Assembly (NCBI GenBank): GCA_977020255.1 | Contig: CDROCS010001301.1 | Span: 124,001 to 188,000, forward strand | DNA: 64,000 nt | Reading direction: 5' to 3' | Origin: Obrimoposthia wandeli | Taxonomy: Eukaryota | Shown: positions 1 to 11,016 of the stretch, one piece after another | Position numbering within the stretch: position 1 is the first letter of the stretch | Layout: each line of letters opens with the position of its first letter | Made by a program: the position numbers and the translations under genes | Notes under the pieces: model-generated | Databases searched by the model: none | The model's input: the letters and a program-made list of their open reading frames with translations, nothing else | Told to the model about the DNA's origin: nothing

Positions 1-1031
1 GCTGAAGAGAGGAAGATTTTAATCTGCGACTGCGGTTATATGGAATTATTGGAAAGCATATGCATATTTGAAGGATGATCCGATTATATTCATCAGCCAG
101 TAAACATTGGTATGGATTTTGTAGACCCAGAAACATCAACATATACACAAACAATCGAAAGTACTTGATGGAACTGCAAGATGAAGAACAAGTCCATGAT
201 CGGGACTCATCGTAGCAAGATGTAATCTTATTTGTGTGAGTTCCTTTGAGACGTCGGATACAAAATAAGGATAGAAGCATTTTGAACAAATTTTATCTGA
301 CATCTGTGAATTTTAGTAAATATATGAATTTTATTTTTGTATTAAAGATCCCGATTTTTGAAAATATACATTGAACACCTTTTAGATTCGGAGAAACATC
401 TCAAATAATCAAAATAATCAGTAATTTTGATAAGGTCTAATTTTTAAACCTACGGAACATATAAACGTAAAATCAATAAAATATATTTATTTATTCAGTA
501 GTTCGCTTTGAGTGTTTTACAGAAGAATTTAATATTGCAAATAATTACGTCTGAAATCGAAAAAAGGGTTCTATTTTCTCTATGAAACGGTTTGTGGACT
601 AAAATTCATTCAAATGACCAAATAATTAAATCAATAATATATTTAGTATTTTGATAAAACAGTCATGTGCTGAGCTAGTTATAAAATAAAGAAAAAAATA
701 ATTAAGAAAACAAAACTGAATTAGAAAACATTAAAATCAATACAAATTATCAATCTACAAAATTATTATAGTTATTGTTTAATCTAGTTAAATAATATTA
801 ATAAATTTTATATACAATTCTTTATTTTATAAATCACTTTTTGTACCATGAATTTATTTGAGAATCACAACCATAAAAAATCATTCATATCATCTTTAAT
901 TGAAATCTCTTCAAACCCAGTATTAGTAATAATCCACAAAAATGTATTTTGTCAAAATTGAATTGTTGGTTCAAAAACGATCTATAGTATAAGAGGTACC
1001 TGATTCATCGAATGTCTGCTTGTTCACACAG

Positions 1032-1844
1032 GTGTCCGAGGAGGAGGCTCACAGGCGCGCCAAGCGACGAGAGCGAAATCGCTTGGCAGCTGCCAAGTGC
1101 CGCAAGCGCCGTCAGGACAAGATCGAAACGCTACAGCAGCGAGTGGACCGTCTGAAGAGTGACGTGGGCAACCTAACAGATAGCCTGTTGCGTCAGAATA
1201 CTGAACAAATCGATCTGGACTGTCGTCTGGAGCACCACAAATGTGTCATGCAGACCGGACACACAAAAGCAGTTAGTACCAATGGCACTTCCAGGCGGAG
1301 ACCGAGCTCATTGCCATTGGCGCCTGCCATTGCCACCACGCGTAACAATGACAACCAAGATGTTGTCACAGTTCCCGACAACCATGGCAACAGCAGCTTC
1401 GTCATTTGCTCCCTCAGTCCTCAGCTAGTGAGCCTGAGCCCGTTGTTGACGCCCTCCACAATGAAGCTGCTGCTGGAAACACTAGCAAACGGCAGCGCGA
1501 ACAACATTATTAGCAGCAGCAGCAGCAGTGAGCCCCTTTCACAGCAACAGCCGCAGCAGCAGCAGATGATCCAGTCATCGACAGTAGCTCCGATTACCTC
1601 ATCCACTCCCTCATCCGCAACCTGCACGTCCTCGTCTGCGTCATCCTCTGTTTTCTCCCGATCCCTCAGTCTCCTCAATCTCCTAACCTCACCCAGTTCC
1701 ACCGACTTGCTCAATCTCAGTTTCCTGGCTGCATCCGGCGTGGCCTCCCCCACCACACTCAGCAACGCTTCCCCATCGACCGCCAGGAGCAGTCTCGTCC
1801 CCTCAACCGCCGGCGCCAGGTCACAGAACCATCACCCCCACTGA
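1032..1844 (+). CDS. Terminal coding exon of a Fos/ATF3-family bZIP transcription factor (upstream exons not identified in window)
   Basis: Basic region and zipper VSEEEAHRRAKRRERNRLAAAKCRKRRQDKIETLQQRVDRLKSDVGNL...LDCRLEHHKC match Fos/ATF3/JDP2 (RRERNKLAAAKCR; HxC after the zipper). Acceptor cacacag|GTG at 1031/1032, phase 0, just before the basic region as in Fos genes. Ser/Gln-rich tail, TGA at 1842-1844. Confidence 0.85.
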   Translation: MSEEEAHRRAKRRERNRLAAAKCRKRRQDKIETLQQRVDRLKSDVGNLTDSLLRQNTEQIDLDCRLEHHKCVMQTGHTKAVSTNGTSRRRPSSLPLAPAIATTRNNDNQDVVTVPDNHGNSSFVICSLSPQLVSLSPLLTPSTMKLLLETLANGSANNIISSSSSSEPLSQQQPQQQQMIQSSTVAPITSSTPSSATCTSSSASSSVFSRSLSLLNLLTSPSSTDLLNLSFLAASGVASPTTLSNASPSTARSSLVPSTAGARSQNHHPH

Positions 1845-2570
1845 CGATCCCAACACCACATTCACAAATACACATGCAGCCATATACATATGCATCAGTC
1901 ATCATGTGGTGGTGACAGTCGTGTGGCAAATATCCGGTATCACAACTGAAACCCCGGCTATTTATTGATCACAGAAAAAACCAACAAATACTGCGTTGGT
2001 GTCACTTGTGGCACCGGATAGTTGTTACTCAAACACTCACTGTCATTCATTTCTCGTCTCCCCCAAACTCCATTCCACAAGCAGTTCGGGAGAAAAGTGC
2101 CAGTAATACAAACTACTTCTTGCAGCATCTATACCATTGGTCAGAACCTCATAGTAACCCGCCCCGTACTCGCATTGGTTCATTGATCCTCGAAGACATG
2201 TTTCATGGAACATGCCATCTGTGATTGCTACATCAGCCGCATTTATCCACAACACCTTTACGGACCCACGTGTTGTTTTCGTGTACATACACCCTCCCAT
2301 ACACACATACATACATGCACATTATTTATATTGGTTAGATTCAAGCTATTGTTTTATCTACTTTTTCCTTTGTTAATTTCCGTCTGTCATTTTTTCAATG
2401 TGTGTGTGTGTCAGTGCATGCAGATTACCAAACAGAATACTTATTGATTTTTCATGATTTATTGATTTTTAGCACAAGTAGGTTATTTTCCGTGACGATC
2501 TTTTTCCTGTTCATTTTATTATCTGTGATTTATTCAAGCAAATATTGTAAAAGAGCCCTTTTATTGATTA

Positions 2571-2617
2571 TGATTGGCTGACGTCGCTGATTGGTCGATT
2601 GGAAGCTTAACCAATCA
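2571..2617. promoter_or_regulatory. Cluster of CCAAT boxes with a CRE-like site
   Basis: tgATTGGcTGACGTCgctgATTGGtcgATTGGaagcttaaCCAATca: four ATTGG/CCAAT motifs and TGACGTC within 47 bp. No transcript evidence. Confidence 0.3.
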
Positions 2618-3991
2618 ACAACTGTGATATTCCAATTTTTACATTAAGCGTCCAGCCAACTTAAGAAAGATTTTGGAAATGTTCTGATTATTTCTAAAAA
2701 AACGGTTATGGCAAATCAAAAGACAGATTTGCAAAGAAATTATCAAAACAAGTTCGATTAAGTTATTTGTTTTCACTTTTTCCAAGTATTATTCAGTAAT
2801 AATAAAATAAAACTGCCTATTGATTGGCCTTAGCCGACAGCAAAAGGTCAGCTGATCTGAGAAGGCAATTATGAGGAATTTTAGCTCTATGTGTGTGTAT
2901 ATTTTGTGTTATTTTACAAAAAGTTATTGAAAGTGATTTTTTTGGTAATAAGATTGTCTATAATTTGGAAATAATTTCTCCCTCATTTTCATAAATGGAA
3001 ATGACTGAATTCTAATTGATGCTTCGTACAAAAATACACACATTAACGCGGTAATACTGCTCACGATTGCCGGTGGGAACTGGTACAGTGCTATGTGATA
3101 TTGACAACCCGCCGCATCCCTTTTGTGTGCGATGATGTCATAGTATTGTCGGACTACCTCTCACCCACCGACGATGCTGATTATGACACTGGGATTTTTG
3201 ACACGCGTTTTGGGCTTTCTTGTAGTGATTTTCCATTTACCTACTCATTAAACTGACTCCTTTCTCGACTTCCATAGGATTATCACACCCCAATGCCAGT
3301 AACAAACGTGGAGCTACGAAACGGAAATTCTAAAACAAAGTAGAAATTGTTGATTAGGGTACATTGCTACGTATAAATAATAAATTAGGGTCCGAATTTT
3401 CGGTCACAAACCGAAAAATATCGGTTTTAACTGGAAATAGGCCTTATTAAGACTTAAAACCTAAATTTCGGGAAAAATGATTATTTTTTAAAAAAATAAC
3501 CGAAATATACAGTAATTTTTAAACTTTTTTTAAGTAACTAATTTTATTAATATAATCTGAAATCCTAAATTGAATAAATTTTTAATTAATAACTCATTGG
3601 TAAAATACAGGATCAAATCGACTAAATTCTAATTTTGTCCGGAATTTTATTGAAACATAAAATTTTAATACTGTTTTGTGCAATCCATCGCGTTTTAGAT
3701 TCGTACTTTCGTGTCTGGATTTGGTAGCAACTAATTTGTGATCTTTGCCTTCATGCTCCAGGTAACTTGTTTAGAGTTACTTAAACTAATTTTAAGGGTG
3801 ATATAATTTATTATTTGATTTTGAATTCCACAAATGGGAACTATAAATTTTTACAATTTAACAAATTGTAAGTGTTACAAGAAAGTTAACTTTTCTAAGC
3901 TTGTTTGAGCAGCTTTTTCAAAAAATCATTGCGACGAATCATTAAATGGTGGCAATTTCATGTTGAAAAGTGATAAGAAAATACTTTGCCA

Positions 3992-4300
3992 CTTGACTTT
4001 GATATGAACACTGTCCAATTACCACCTCAAGGTAAATTGAGACTTGAAATAAAGTTTCAAAAGTTCCTACCTATATCTGCGAACATATTGATTTATGGAT
4101 TTTTTGACTATGAGGTTCAAATAACGAAAAACAGACGAATAATTAGATGAAGTAAGTTCATTTATATATATATTTTGACATTAATGTAGTACAATTGAGG
4201 TTAACAAAATAGCCAGTTTTCTGCTCGGATCACAATTTATACCTGCTGAACAAAATGCCAGCTGCTTTGGCAGTTGGAGAAAATATCATCAATACCATAC
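3992..4300 (+). mobile_element. Polinton fragment E: major capsid protein C-terminus plus protease N-terminus
   Basis: 3992-4150 reads LDFDMNTVQLPPQGKLRLEIKFQKFLPISANILIYGFFDYEVQITKNRRIIR*, homologous to the MCP C-terminus at 15613-15969. The overlapping ATG at 4147 gives ATG AA|gtaagt...tag|T ACA ATT GAG (MNTIE..., intron 4152-4189), followed by a frameshifted GENIINT resembling the protease GYIINT. Confidence 0.75.
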
Positions 4301-5405
4301 ATCCAGTGGTGGGATTCAAACTGTTTAGCAACCGGTGTCTGTAGTGGAACATTAATAATAAACTATATCATTGCGCTATTAGAGAATTCAATCATCAGTG
4401 TCGTGAATCGTCAGTGGTCGACCGGTCCACCCTAGTTTCTTGTTTATAACAACTAAACAATCGATTTTCCTACCCCAGGAAGATCATTATTCCTAACAAT
4501 TTCATACTCTTTATCTTGCAGATTTGCTTATCACAAGTTTCTTTCTGATTTCGGATCTTGAAAATTATCGCTTGCTGAACCTGATGCGAAATTATCATGG
4601 AGATTTTGAAAAAATCATTAAAACAAGACTTAATTATTATTGAGCTAATCTGTTGAAGAAATAATATATTATATAACAGTATCAATACATATTATAATAT
4701 CCCACTGATATAATTTATCTAAAATATATTTATCTAATTGTGTTCCTCTGAGTATTTTCTGGATTTACAGTCAAATCCTGTAATTTGACTTTTGTATACA
4801 GTCAATTTCTGTATATTTACTTAAACATTTTGTAAATATTAACAAATGCTTGTGTATTAACAAATCTTGTGGGAGAGTCTGTAAGATCGTAGGATGGTAG
4901 CCTTGAGACTTGTTAGTTTTTATTGTATTTTAACTAGTTATAAGACATTGTATAAAATTATGATTGATTAAATTTCAAAAAATAAAATTTGATTAATTTA
5001 ATTCGTATTAGTAACTTTTGACTTTGAATTTGAAATATTGTTAAACTTCTTCATACATATCCTTATCCGATTCTTCAAACATTTCCGAATCTTCGTCACC
5101 GCTTAATATCCGTTGGCTATCCTCCATCGTTGATAATATTCTTTGATATGAATGCATTTACTGTGATTTGTCCTCCAATGGCGCATTCTTTTATACTAAT
5201 TTCTAACAAAGACATAAATCTCATTGGTTAATATAACTAAAGCATTGAATTTGATTGGACTAAATCCATATTAAAAATCAAATTTGATTGGAAGAAATAT
5301 ATCATCCAATTATAATAGGTTTGCAAGATAATTACAAGAAATGTGCAATAAAAAGCAGGTTCAGACATATATAAAGAAGATTTTACAGAATACAATTTTA
5401 GTCTA

Positions 5406-5881
5406 ATGAAACTCGTAAATATAAATTATAAAGGTAGAACAGAAGATGATGTTTCGTACTTACCATTCAATGAATGGAAGCCGAGACAATATGTGGAAAG
5501 GTTTGACAATTTTACAGTTGTTATTTTTCCTACAGGTTAGTTTTTTTATTTTCATATTGAATTCTTTTAGGAAATTGTCGTGTTATGGGATGCAAAATAC
5601 CAATGCTTGGGTTCAACTTACCATTTGGAATTCGAATCACTGCAATACAATCAATCACGATTTCGGCTAATCTTGGGAAACATATAAATCTTTTTAAAAC
5701 TGCAGAGAAAATGAAAGAAGAATGCATGTTTGAACTAGAAATATTTCCTGCTCTCAGTTATTTGAAGTTTAAACTGCTATGTGTAAATATATTTTCCAGT
5801 GGTAAAGTTATGATATTGGGATTGAAAAATTTTGATTATCCAGACATTGTTGATTTGATTTTAGAAAATATATCTTATTAA
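5406..5881 (+). CDS. TBP-like protein of Polinton A (2 exons: 5406-5535, 5571-5881; 146 aa)
   Basis: Exon 1 MKLVNINYKG...FTVVIFPT; 35-nt intron gttag...ttttag (5536-5570, phase 1); exon 2 GNCRVMGCK...IQSITISANLGKHINL...MFELEIFPAL...CVNIFSSGKVMILGLK matches TBP repeat 2 (IQNIV...YEPELFPGL...LLIFVSGKVVLTGAK). Spliced frame is open. Confidence 0.85.
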
Positions 5882-5930
5882 ATCTTGTTATCTTTTCTAT
5901 AAACAAAACCGTTTAAACTTATTTTTTCAA

Positions 5931-6204
5931 ATGAAAAATACTATAAATAGAGACAATGAGGTGGATCGTCTTTCCGACGAAATATTTTCTGGTAAAATTT
6001 AGGGGTAAAGAAATTGTATCAGAATTAAAAAATAATGATATAACAAGAGATAACATTGAAATATTGATTAGATCACACGTTATTCGAGAATTTAGAAATC
6101 ATACACAAATAAATAAAATTATAGCCAAATATTCATTAATTAATTTGTGTATTTCATCTACAATAGCTCTAACATTGTACATTTCAATAAGGAAACTACT
6201 ATGA
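5931..6204 (+). pseudogene. Small protein with C-terminal hydrophobic tail (frameshifted copy of 23584-23865)
   Basis: MKNTINRDNEVDRL... shifts frame before GKEIVS; ends YSLINLCISSTIALTLYISIRKLL. Confidence 0.6.
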
Positions 6205-6241
6205 TGATATTAACAATATTAACAATTAAAGAGTATATGCA

Positions 6242-6892
6242 ATGGAGCTAAATAATAATGCTGAATTTCAAATAGCTGGTCCCAGTGGAAGTGGAAAGAC
6301 ACATTTCGTATGTATATTGTTGCAAAATGAATCTCTTTTCAAATCTAGTTTCAAAAATTTTTATTGGCATCATGGTGGAGAAGGGGAAAGCGGATTAACC
6401 AAAACAGAAATTTGCAAGTTGAAGGGAATAAAATTTATTGAAGGATTTCATGCAAATTAAAGTGTGAAAGATTGAAAAAAGAAGATGTAATAATAATTGA
6501 TGATTTGTATCAGGAAGCTAACAAGGAATCAAATTTTAATAATTTATTTACAAAGATTGCAAGAAATCGTGATGTAACAGTTATATTTATCACTCAAAAT
6601 CTTTTTCACCAAGGAGGTCACCATAGAACAAGAAATCTTAATGTACATTACTTAGTTTTATTTAAAAATCCTAGAAATCAAACAGTTGTAGATTTTGTGA
6701 CCAGACAGGCGTTTCCCCAAAAATAAGAACTTTCTAGTTGATTCATTCTATGATGTTGCTAAACAAGCATATGAGTATATATTTATTGACTTTACACAAG
6801 CTTGCCCAGATGATTTACGTGTTTTAACCGACATATTTAATTCTAAGGGAGTAACTGTTTATAAACAAATAGAGAACAATCATAAAAGATAA
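6242..6892 (+). pseudogene. Polinton packaging ATPase (A32/FtsK-like)
   Basis: Walker A GPSGSGKT, Walker B IIIDD, LFTKIARNR...FITQNLF...[17 protein letters not shown]. Stops and frameshifts at ~6460 and ~6725. Confidence 0.9.
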
Positions 6893-7064
6893 ATTTATAA
6901 TGCCTTTTAAGAAGTTTATAGTGAAACGTAAACGTAAAATCTAAGAAATCAAAAAAAATAATCTTTTTTAGAAGAGAATAAATTAATCAAATCTGTAGTT
7001 AGAAATAAAATAAAACTTAAATGGCTCCGAATATAAACAATATTCAAATTAAACTTTTTTTAAA

Positions 7065-7394
7065 ATGAAGAAAATACAAAGAAGCATACCCTATTTTAAA
7101 GCTTTGGTCAAAGCCTCTTCTCATAAGAGAATGATTATTCTTAAAGCATTTCCATCTTTTGTTATAGATGATTTATTGGAAGTTTTGTATAATATAGTTT
7201 TGGGTAGAGTAAAAATTGGAAAACGAAAAAATATATTAAAGAAATATAGAAAAACTCTTCTAGATATTGCTAATGTAAAAAGTATAAAAAGGAAACGAAA
7301 TATTATTCTTAAACATAATGATGGTTTGATAGGGGATGTTATTCTAGTTGTTGCTTCAATTATCAGTAGTATTATAGCTGCGACACGTTCATAA
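7065..7394 (+). CDS. Conserved basic Polinton protein with C-terminal hydrophobic helix
   Basis: MKKIQRSIPYFKALVKAS...KRNIILKHNDGLIG...; homologous to 46846-47445 (ends [17 protein letters not shown]) and sits between ATPase and integrase in A, B and C. Confidence 0.7.
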   Translation: MKKIQRSIPYFKALVKASSHKRMIILKAFPSFVIDDLLEVLYNIVLGRVKIGKRKNILKKYRKTLLDIANVKSIKRKRNIILKHNDGLIGDVILVVASIISSIIAATRS

Positions 7395-7422
7395 GCAATT
7401 ATTTCTAAAATCAGCTAAAGAT

Positions 7423-7641
7423 ATGGGTGCTAGCCCTTCTTTACCTAAACTTAAATTTTCTTTCTATTCAAATTGTTGTAATGGAGAAGATATGGCTCAA
7501 TCCAAAAGATCCAATTGGCTAAACAGGAGTTTCAAAATTAGTAAAAAGAATAAAACAAAATTACAAGAAAACGCAGAAATGGCTGAGCGATCAGTTAGCC
7601 TACAGTCTGAACAAGCCGATGAGAAGAAGGTTTCCAACTAG
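7423..7641 (+). CDS. Putative small ORF overprinted on the integrase 5' end (MG start, CC motif)
   Basis: MGASPSLPKLKFSFYSNCCNGEDMAQS...; same frame offset and CCNG motif in B (ATG 19234) and C (47451-47681). Confidence 0.6.
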   Translation: MGASPSLPKLKFSFYSNCCNGEDMAQSKRSNWLNRSFKISKKNKTKLQENAEMAERSVSLQSEQADEKKVSN

Positions 7642-8509
7642 AGCTTACAAAACCAGCGGTCTTAATAATTTATGGCAAATGGATTTGATGGAGATGATCC
7701 CATATTCTTCCATTAATAAGGGATATCGATATATTTTAACATGTATTGATGTATTTAGCAGGTTTGCTCGTGCAATTCCAGTTAAAGCAAAGTCTTCAAT
7801 AGCTATGCTTGAAGCCATTAAAGAAATATTAAAAGAGGACATTCCACAAAATGTGCAAACTGATTTAGGAAAAGAATTTTATAATAAGCAAGTTCAATCA
7901 TTATTAAAACAAAATAATATAAATCATTACTCAGTGTTTTCACAATACAAAGCAGCAGTAGTAGAAAGATCTAATCGTACTCTAAGAGATCGAATAAAAA
8001 AGTATTTCACAAAAGAAGGAAATAAAAAATGGATCCAAGTTTTACCTAAAATAATACATGCTTATAATCACTCTGAACATAGAGGTCTCAAGGGAATGAG
8101 ACCTGTTGATGTTACTAATAAAAGCTCTATGGACATTTGGATGAAGAGGAATAAAAAAGAAAAAATTAAAAAAGCTAAATATAAGAAAAACGAATATGTT
8201 CGAATTTCGAAAATTAGCTCTATTCCATTTATTAAAAACTTTGATCAGAATTGGAGCGATGAAATATTTTGTATAAGTAAAATTGATAAAAAGAGTAATC
8301 CAATAATGTATACTATTAAAGATGCTGACAATAATATCGTTCACGGTAAATTTTACGAGCAAGAACTACAAGTAATATCAAATAAACCTAGCGTTTTCCG
8401 TATTCAAAAAATATTAAAATCTAAGGGTACAGGTAAACATAAACAATCATTTGTTAAATGGCATGGTTATTCTGACCCAACTTGGATATCAGCATCTAAT
8501 ATAATATGA
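7481..8509 (+). pseudogene. Polinton retroviral-like integrase with C-terminal chromodomain-like motif
   Basis: WQMDL, LTCIDVFSRF, VQTDLGKEF, AAVVERSNRTL (DDE core) and VKWHGY tail. ATG at 7481 is in frame with ORF 7619-8509 but has a premature TAA at 7520-7522 (TAC in B). Confidence 0.92.
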
Positions 8510-9381
8510 ATTCTATGTATATGGTTTTACCAAGTAACAGATGTCCGAAGACTCAACCAGATAATGACGCTAGTAGCTTTATTATCGATTGGGAAAATTC
8601 TATAAATCTCCAAGGAGAATGGGAAGCGGCTTTAACAGAATTTTCTTTTTATTATTCTCCAATTACTATCAAAAAAACTCACATATCTCGTTTACAAAAG
8701 AAGTTGATAATGAAATAACAACTGAAGTTGTGATCGGGTTTGATAGTAAAGGACAATTCTATTACAATTGTATAGATAAAGAAGTGAAAGTAATATTTGA
8801 AAATAACAAAGTCAGATTTAAAAATCGATTAAAATTTCTTCAAGTTATTAAAATTAATTTTGAATCTAAAAAAGAAGCTCTTCAATTCAGTTTTGATAGT
8901 GAACAAACAGTAGCTCGTAATAAACGGGATATTATCTCATCTAAATCGGTTAGAAATGTTCCTGGTAGAGTAGCAAAAGTGTTGTTACTTGAAACGAGAC
9001 CAAAGACTGTAGTGGAACTGAAAACGTTTTCAAAAGATTATAAAATAGATAGTGAAGTGAATTTCTGTAAATTAATACAGAAGGAATGTAGTGAATATTT
9101 TAATAAATGTGAAACATTAAATGGTAAATTAACGTTTACAGTAAAGAGCAATATAAAACGAGTTTCATGTGATGATAAACTCGCTAAAAACCTTGGTTTA
9201 AACAGAAATACCTTTGAAACCCATACAATAAAAACCATAAAAGCTAAAAATAAGGCAAAACTTTTAAATGCTGTTAATCATTTATATATTTATACTAATT
9301 TAATTGAACAACGCTTGTAGGAGGACAACGAGTTCCACTTTTGAGAACAATATGGATATCTCATAATCAAACTAAAGATGG
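8506..9381 (+). pseudogene. Polinton minor capsid protein (penton-like), frameshifted and 3'-deleted
   Basis: MYMVLPSN...FIIDWENSINLQGEWEAALTEF start and HLYIYTNLIEQ...GGQRVPLLRTIW region. Frameshifts at ~8680 and ~9316; deletion junction at ~9381. Confidence 0.8.
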
Positions 9382-9388
9382 TTTATAT

Positions 9389-9556
9389 CAGACTTTGATA
9401 TAAACCAATGCCAACTACCAAAGGATGGAAATTTACGACTAGAAATTAAGTTCAATGCAGCTTTAACACATCCTACTCCAGTGCTTATTTGCGGAGTGTT
9501 TGATTCGAAAATACAAATCAATAAAAACAGAACTGTCATATTATAGAATGAAGTAA
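9389..9556 (+). pseudogene. C-terminal remnant of Polinton major capsid protein
   Basis: DFDINQCQLPKDGNLRLEIKFNAALTHPT...GVFDSKIQINKNRTV, nearly identical to 15613-15780 on the minus strand. Confidence 0.85.
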
Positions 9557-9927
9557 GACATTTTTTAACTTTAATATATTAATTTTTATTTAGTTCAGTA
9601 CAAGTACAAGAATCAGCAGAGAAGGTCCTGGGTGATAAATTCAATTGAGTTTATCCTATGGATATGATTCCATTTTTTCAATCTGGAGGATACATTATCA
9701 ATACTCATACTTCGAATTTACCAGGAGAACATTGGATAGCTATTTATGTTAGAGAGTGGACAATACATGTATTTGATCCACTTGCAATGTATTATCCACA
9801 CAAACTTGTTTCGACTATTCAAAAAGGACGAAGAAGAGTATTTTACAACAAGATACAATATCAGGATCCTGCGACGAGAAACTGTGGACATTTATGTATT
9901 TTATGGTTATCGTTGCAAAACGATTAG
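9548..9927 (+). pseudogene. Adenain-like cysteine protease with a 41-nt intron (9553-9593)
   Basis: ATG AA|gtaaga...ttag|T gives MNSVQVQ...KFN*VYPMDMIP in frame with ORF 9658-9927, which has catalytic motifs INT...GEHW, FDP and Q...CGHLC. Premature TGA replaces the G of GVYP. Confidence 0.85.
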
Positions 9928-10191
9928 TGTGTTATAAAAATAAATATTTTTAATGTTTTATTTTGAATTACATTTTAAATCCCTAAAAAATATAAGGGTA
10001 AAATAATAAAAGACATAAGACAAATTTTTTTTTAATACATTTATTAAACACAACATTACAATGAGATCTGTCAATAAAGATAAGGCCCAACCTAAAAAAT
10101 GTATTGAAATAACAAAAAGTAAGAGTCAAGGTGCCATAGGCATCTAAAATAAAAAAAAACTAAACTAAAAAAATCAAAAAAGGAAAACCGT

Positions 10192-10638
10192 TTAAATTCG
10201 GAAGTGTCCATAAGCCAGGCTAGCGTTCTATTCTACCCAAAAGCGCTTGTCGTCATTACTACTCAAAGTGATTTTTGTTGATTTATGGGAATACAGTTGA
10301 TGGGCTCTTGAAATAAATCTAGTTTGCTCAACGCTTTCAATACACCCAGTATCATAAACTTTCCTGTAGGCCTCATGTGTAAGATTATTTCTTCCCACAC
10401 CCTTTGCTTTCATTGAACATGTATTATTAGATGCATGTAAACTATAGCATTTAGTGCGTAGGAAAATACAATCATCATACGAAACCTGTACCTCGCTTTC
10501 ATCCTTAAATTTCCTGATAATATCCTTTAAACCCATAAAGTGTAGAGGATGGTTAGCGGGATATTTATGGGTATCAAGTAAGTTGTCCCTAAACATAGCC
10601 GGTAATAATTGATTTTCTAATATTATTGATATTGTCAA
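10192..10638 (-). pseudogene. C-terminal fragment of protein-primed DNA polymerase B
   Basis: LDTHKYPANHPL...KFKDE...FLRTKCYS...KAKGV...TLSSNDDKR, then frameshifted SLAYGHF: the typical Polinton pPolB C-terminus. Convergent with the protease gene. Confidence 0.88.
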
Positions 10639-11016
10639 TTCTCCTATGAATATTATAATAAATTAATTCTGATTGAGGACCCGGTTTCTTAAATCTCCCC
10701 TCTTCTCATTTCTCCTGTTGTTTTCTTCAATCTTCATCACTTGACTTTTCATTTTAATAAATTCCATTTTTTAATTATGAAGAGGTTAATAAATTTGGAA
10801 CCTATATATATAAAGTTAAGATATTTTTAATCCGATCACATTCAATTAAATGATATATTTTTATTTAACAAATGACAGTTTAAGAAATCTATAACTAATC
10901 ATTGCATTTCTATTTAAACCTAAAAGTTTTGAGTTTTGAGTTTTGACCCGATGGCGTCGAGGTTTCTTAACCGCCGCTAGCTTCCTATCCATGGGTAGTT
11001 TGAGAGTTGTCTTCTC

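Noticed and set aside
3385-4436. hAT-like element bounded by TAGGGT...ACCCTA
   Set aside because: Only a 6-bp inverted match and no 8-bp TSD.
4440-5010. Possible Penelope/LINE endonuclease remnant
   Set aside because: Only faint GIY-YIG-like residues could be read; too degraded to support.
5406-5881. Calling the TBP-like genes the host tbp gene
   Set aside because: Too divergent and short in repeat 1, multi-copy, and always embedded in Polinton gene order.
7645-9238. Antisense ORFs over integrase and penton (also 17521-19024, 47607-48946, 49838-50379)
   Set aside because: Shadow ORFs of real genes, recurring only because the copies are homologous; no independent motifs.
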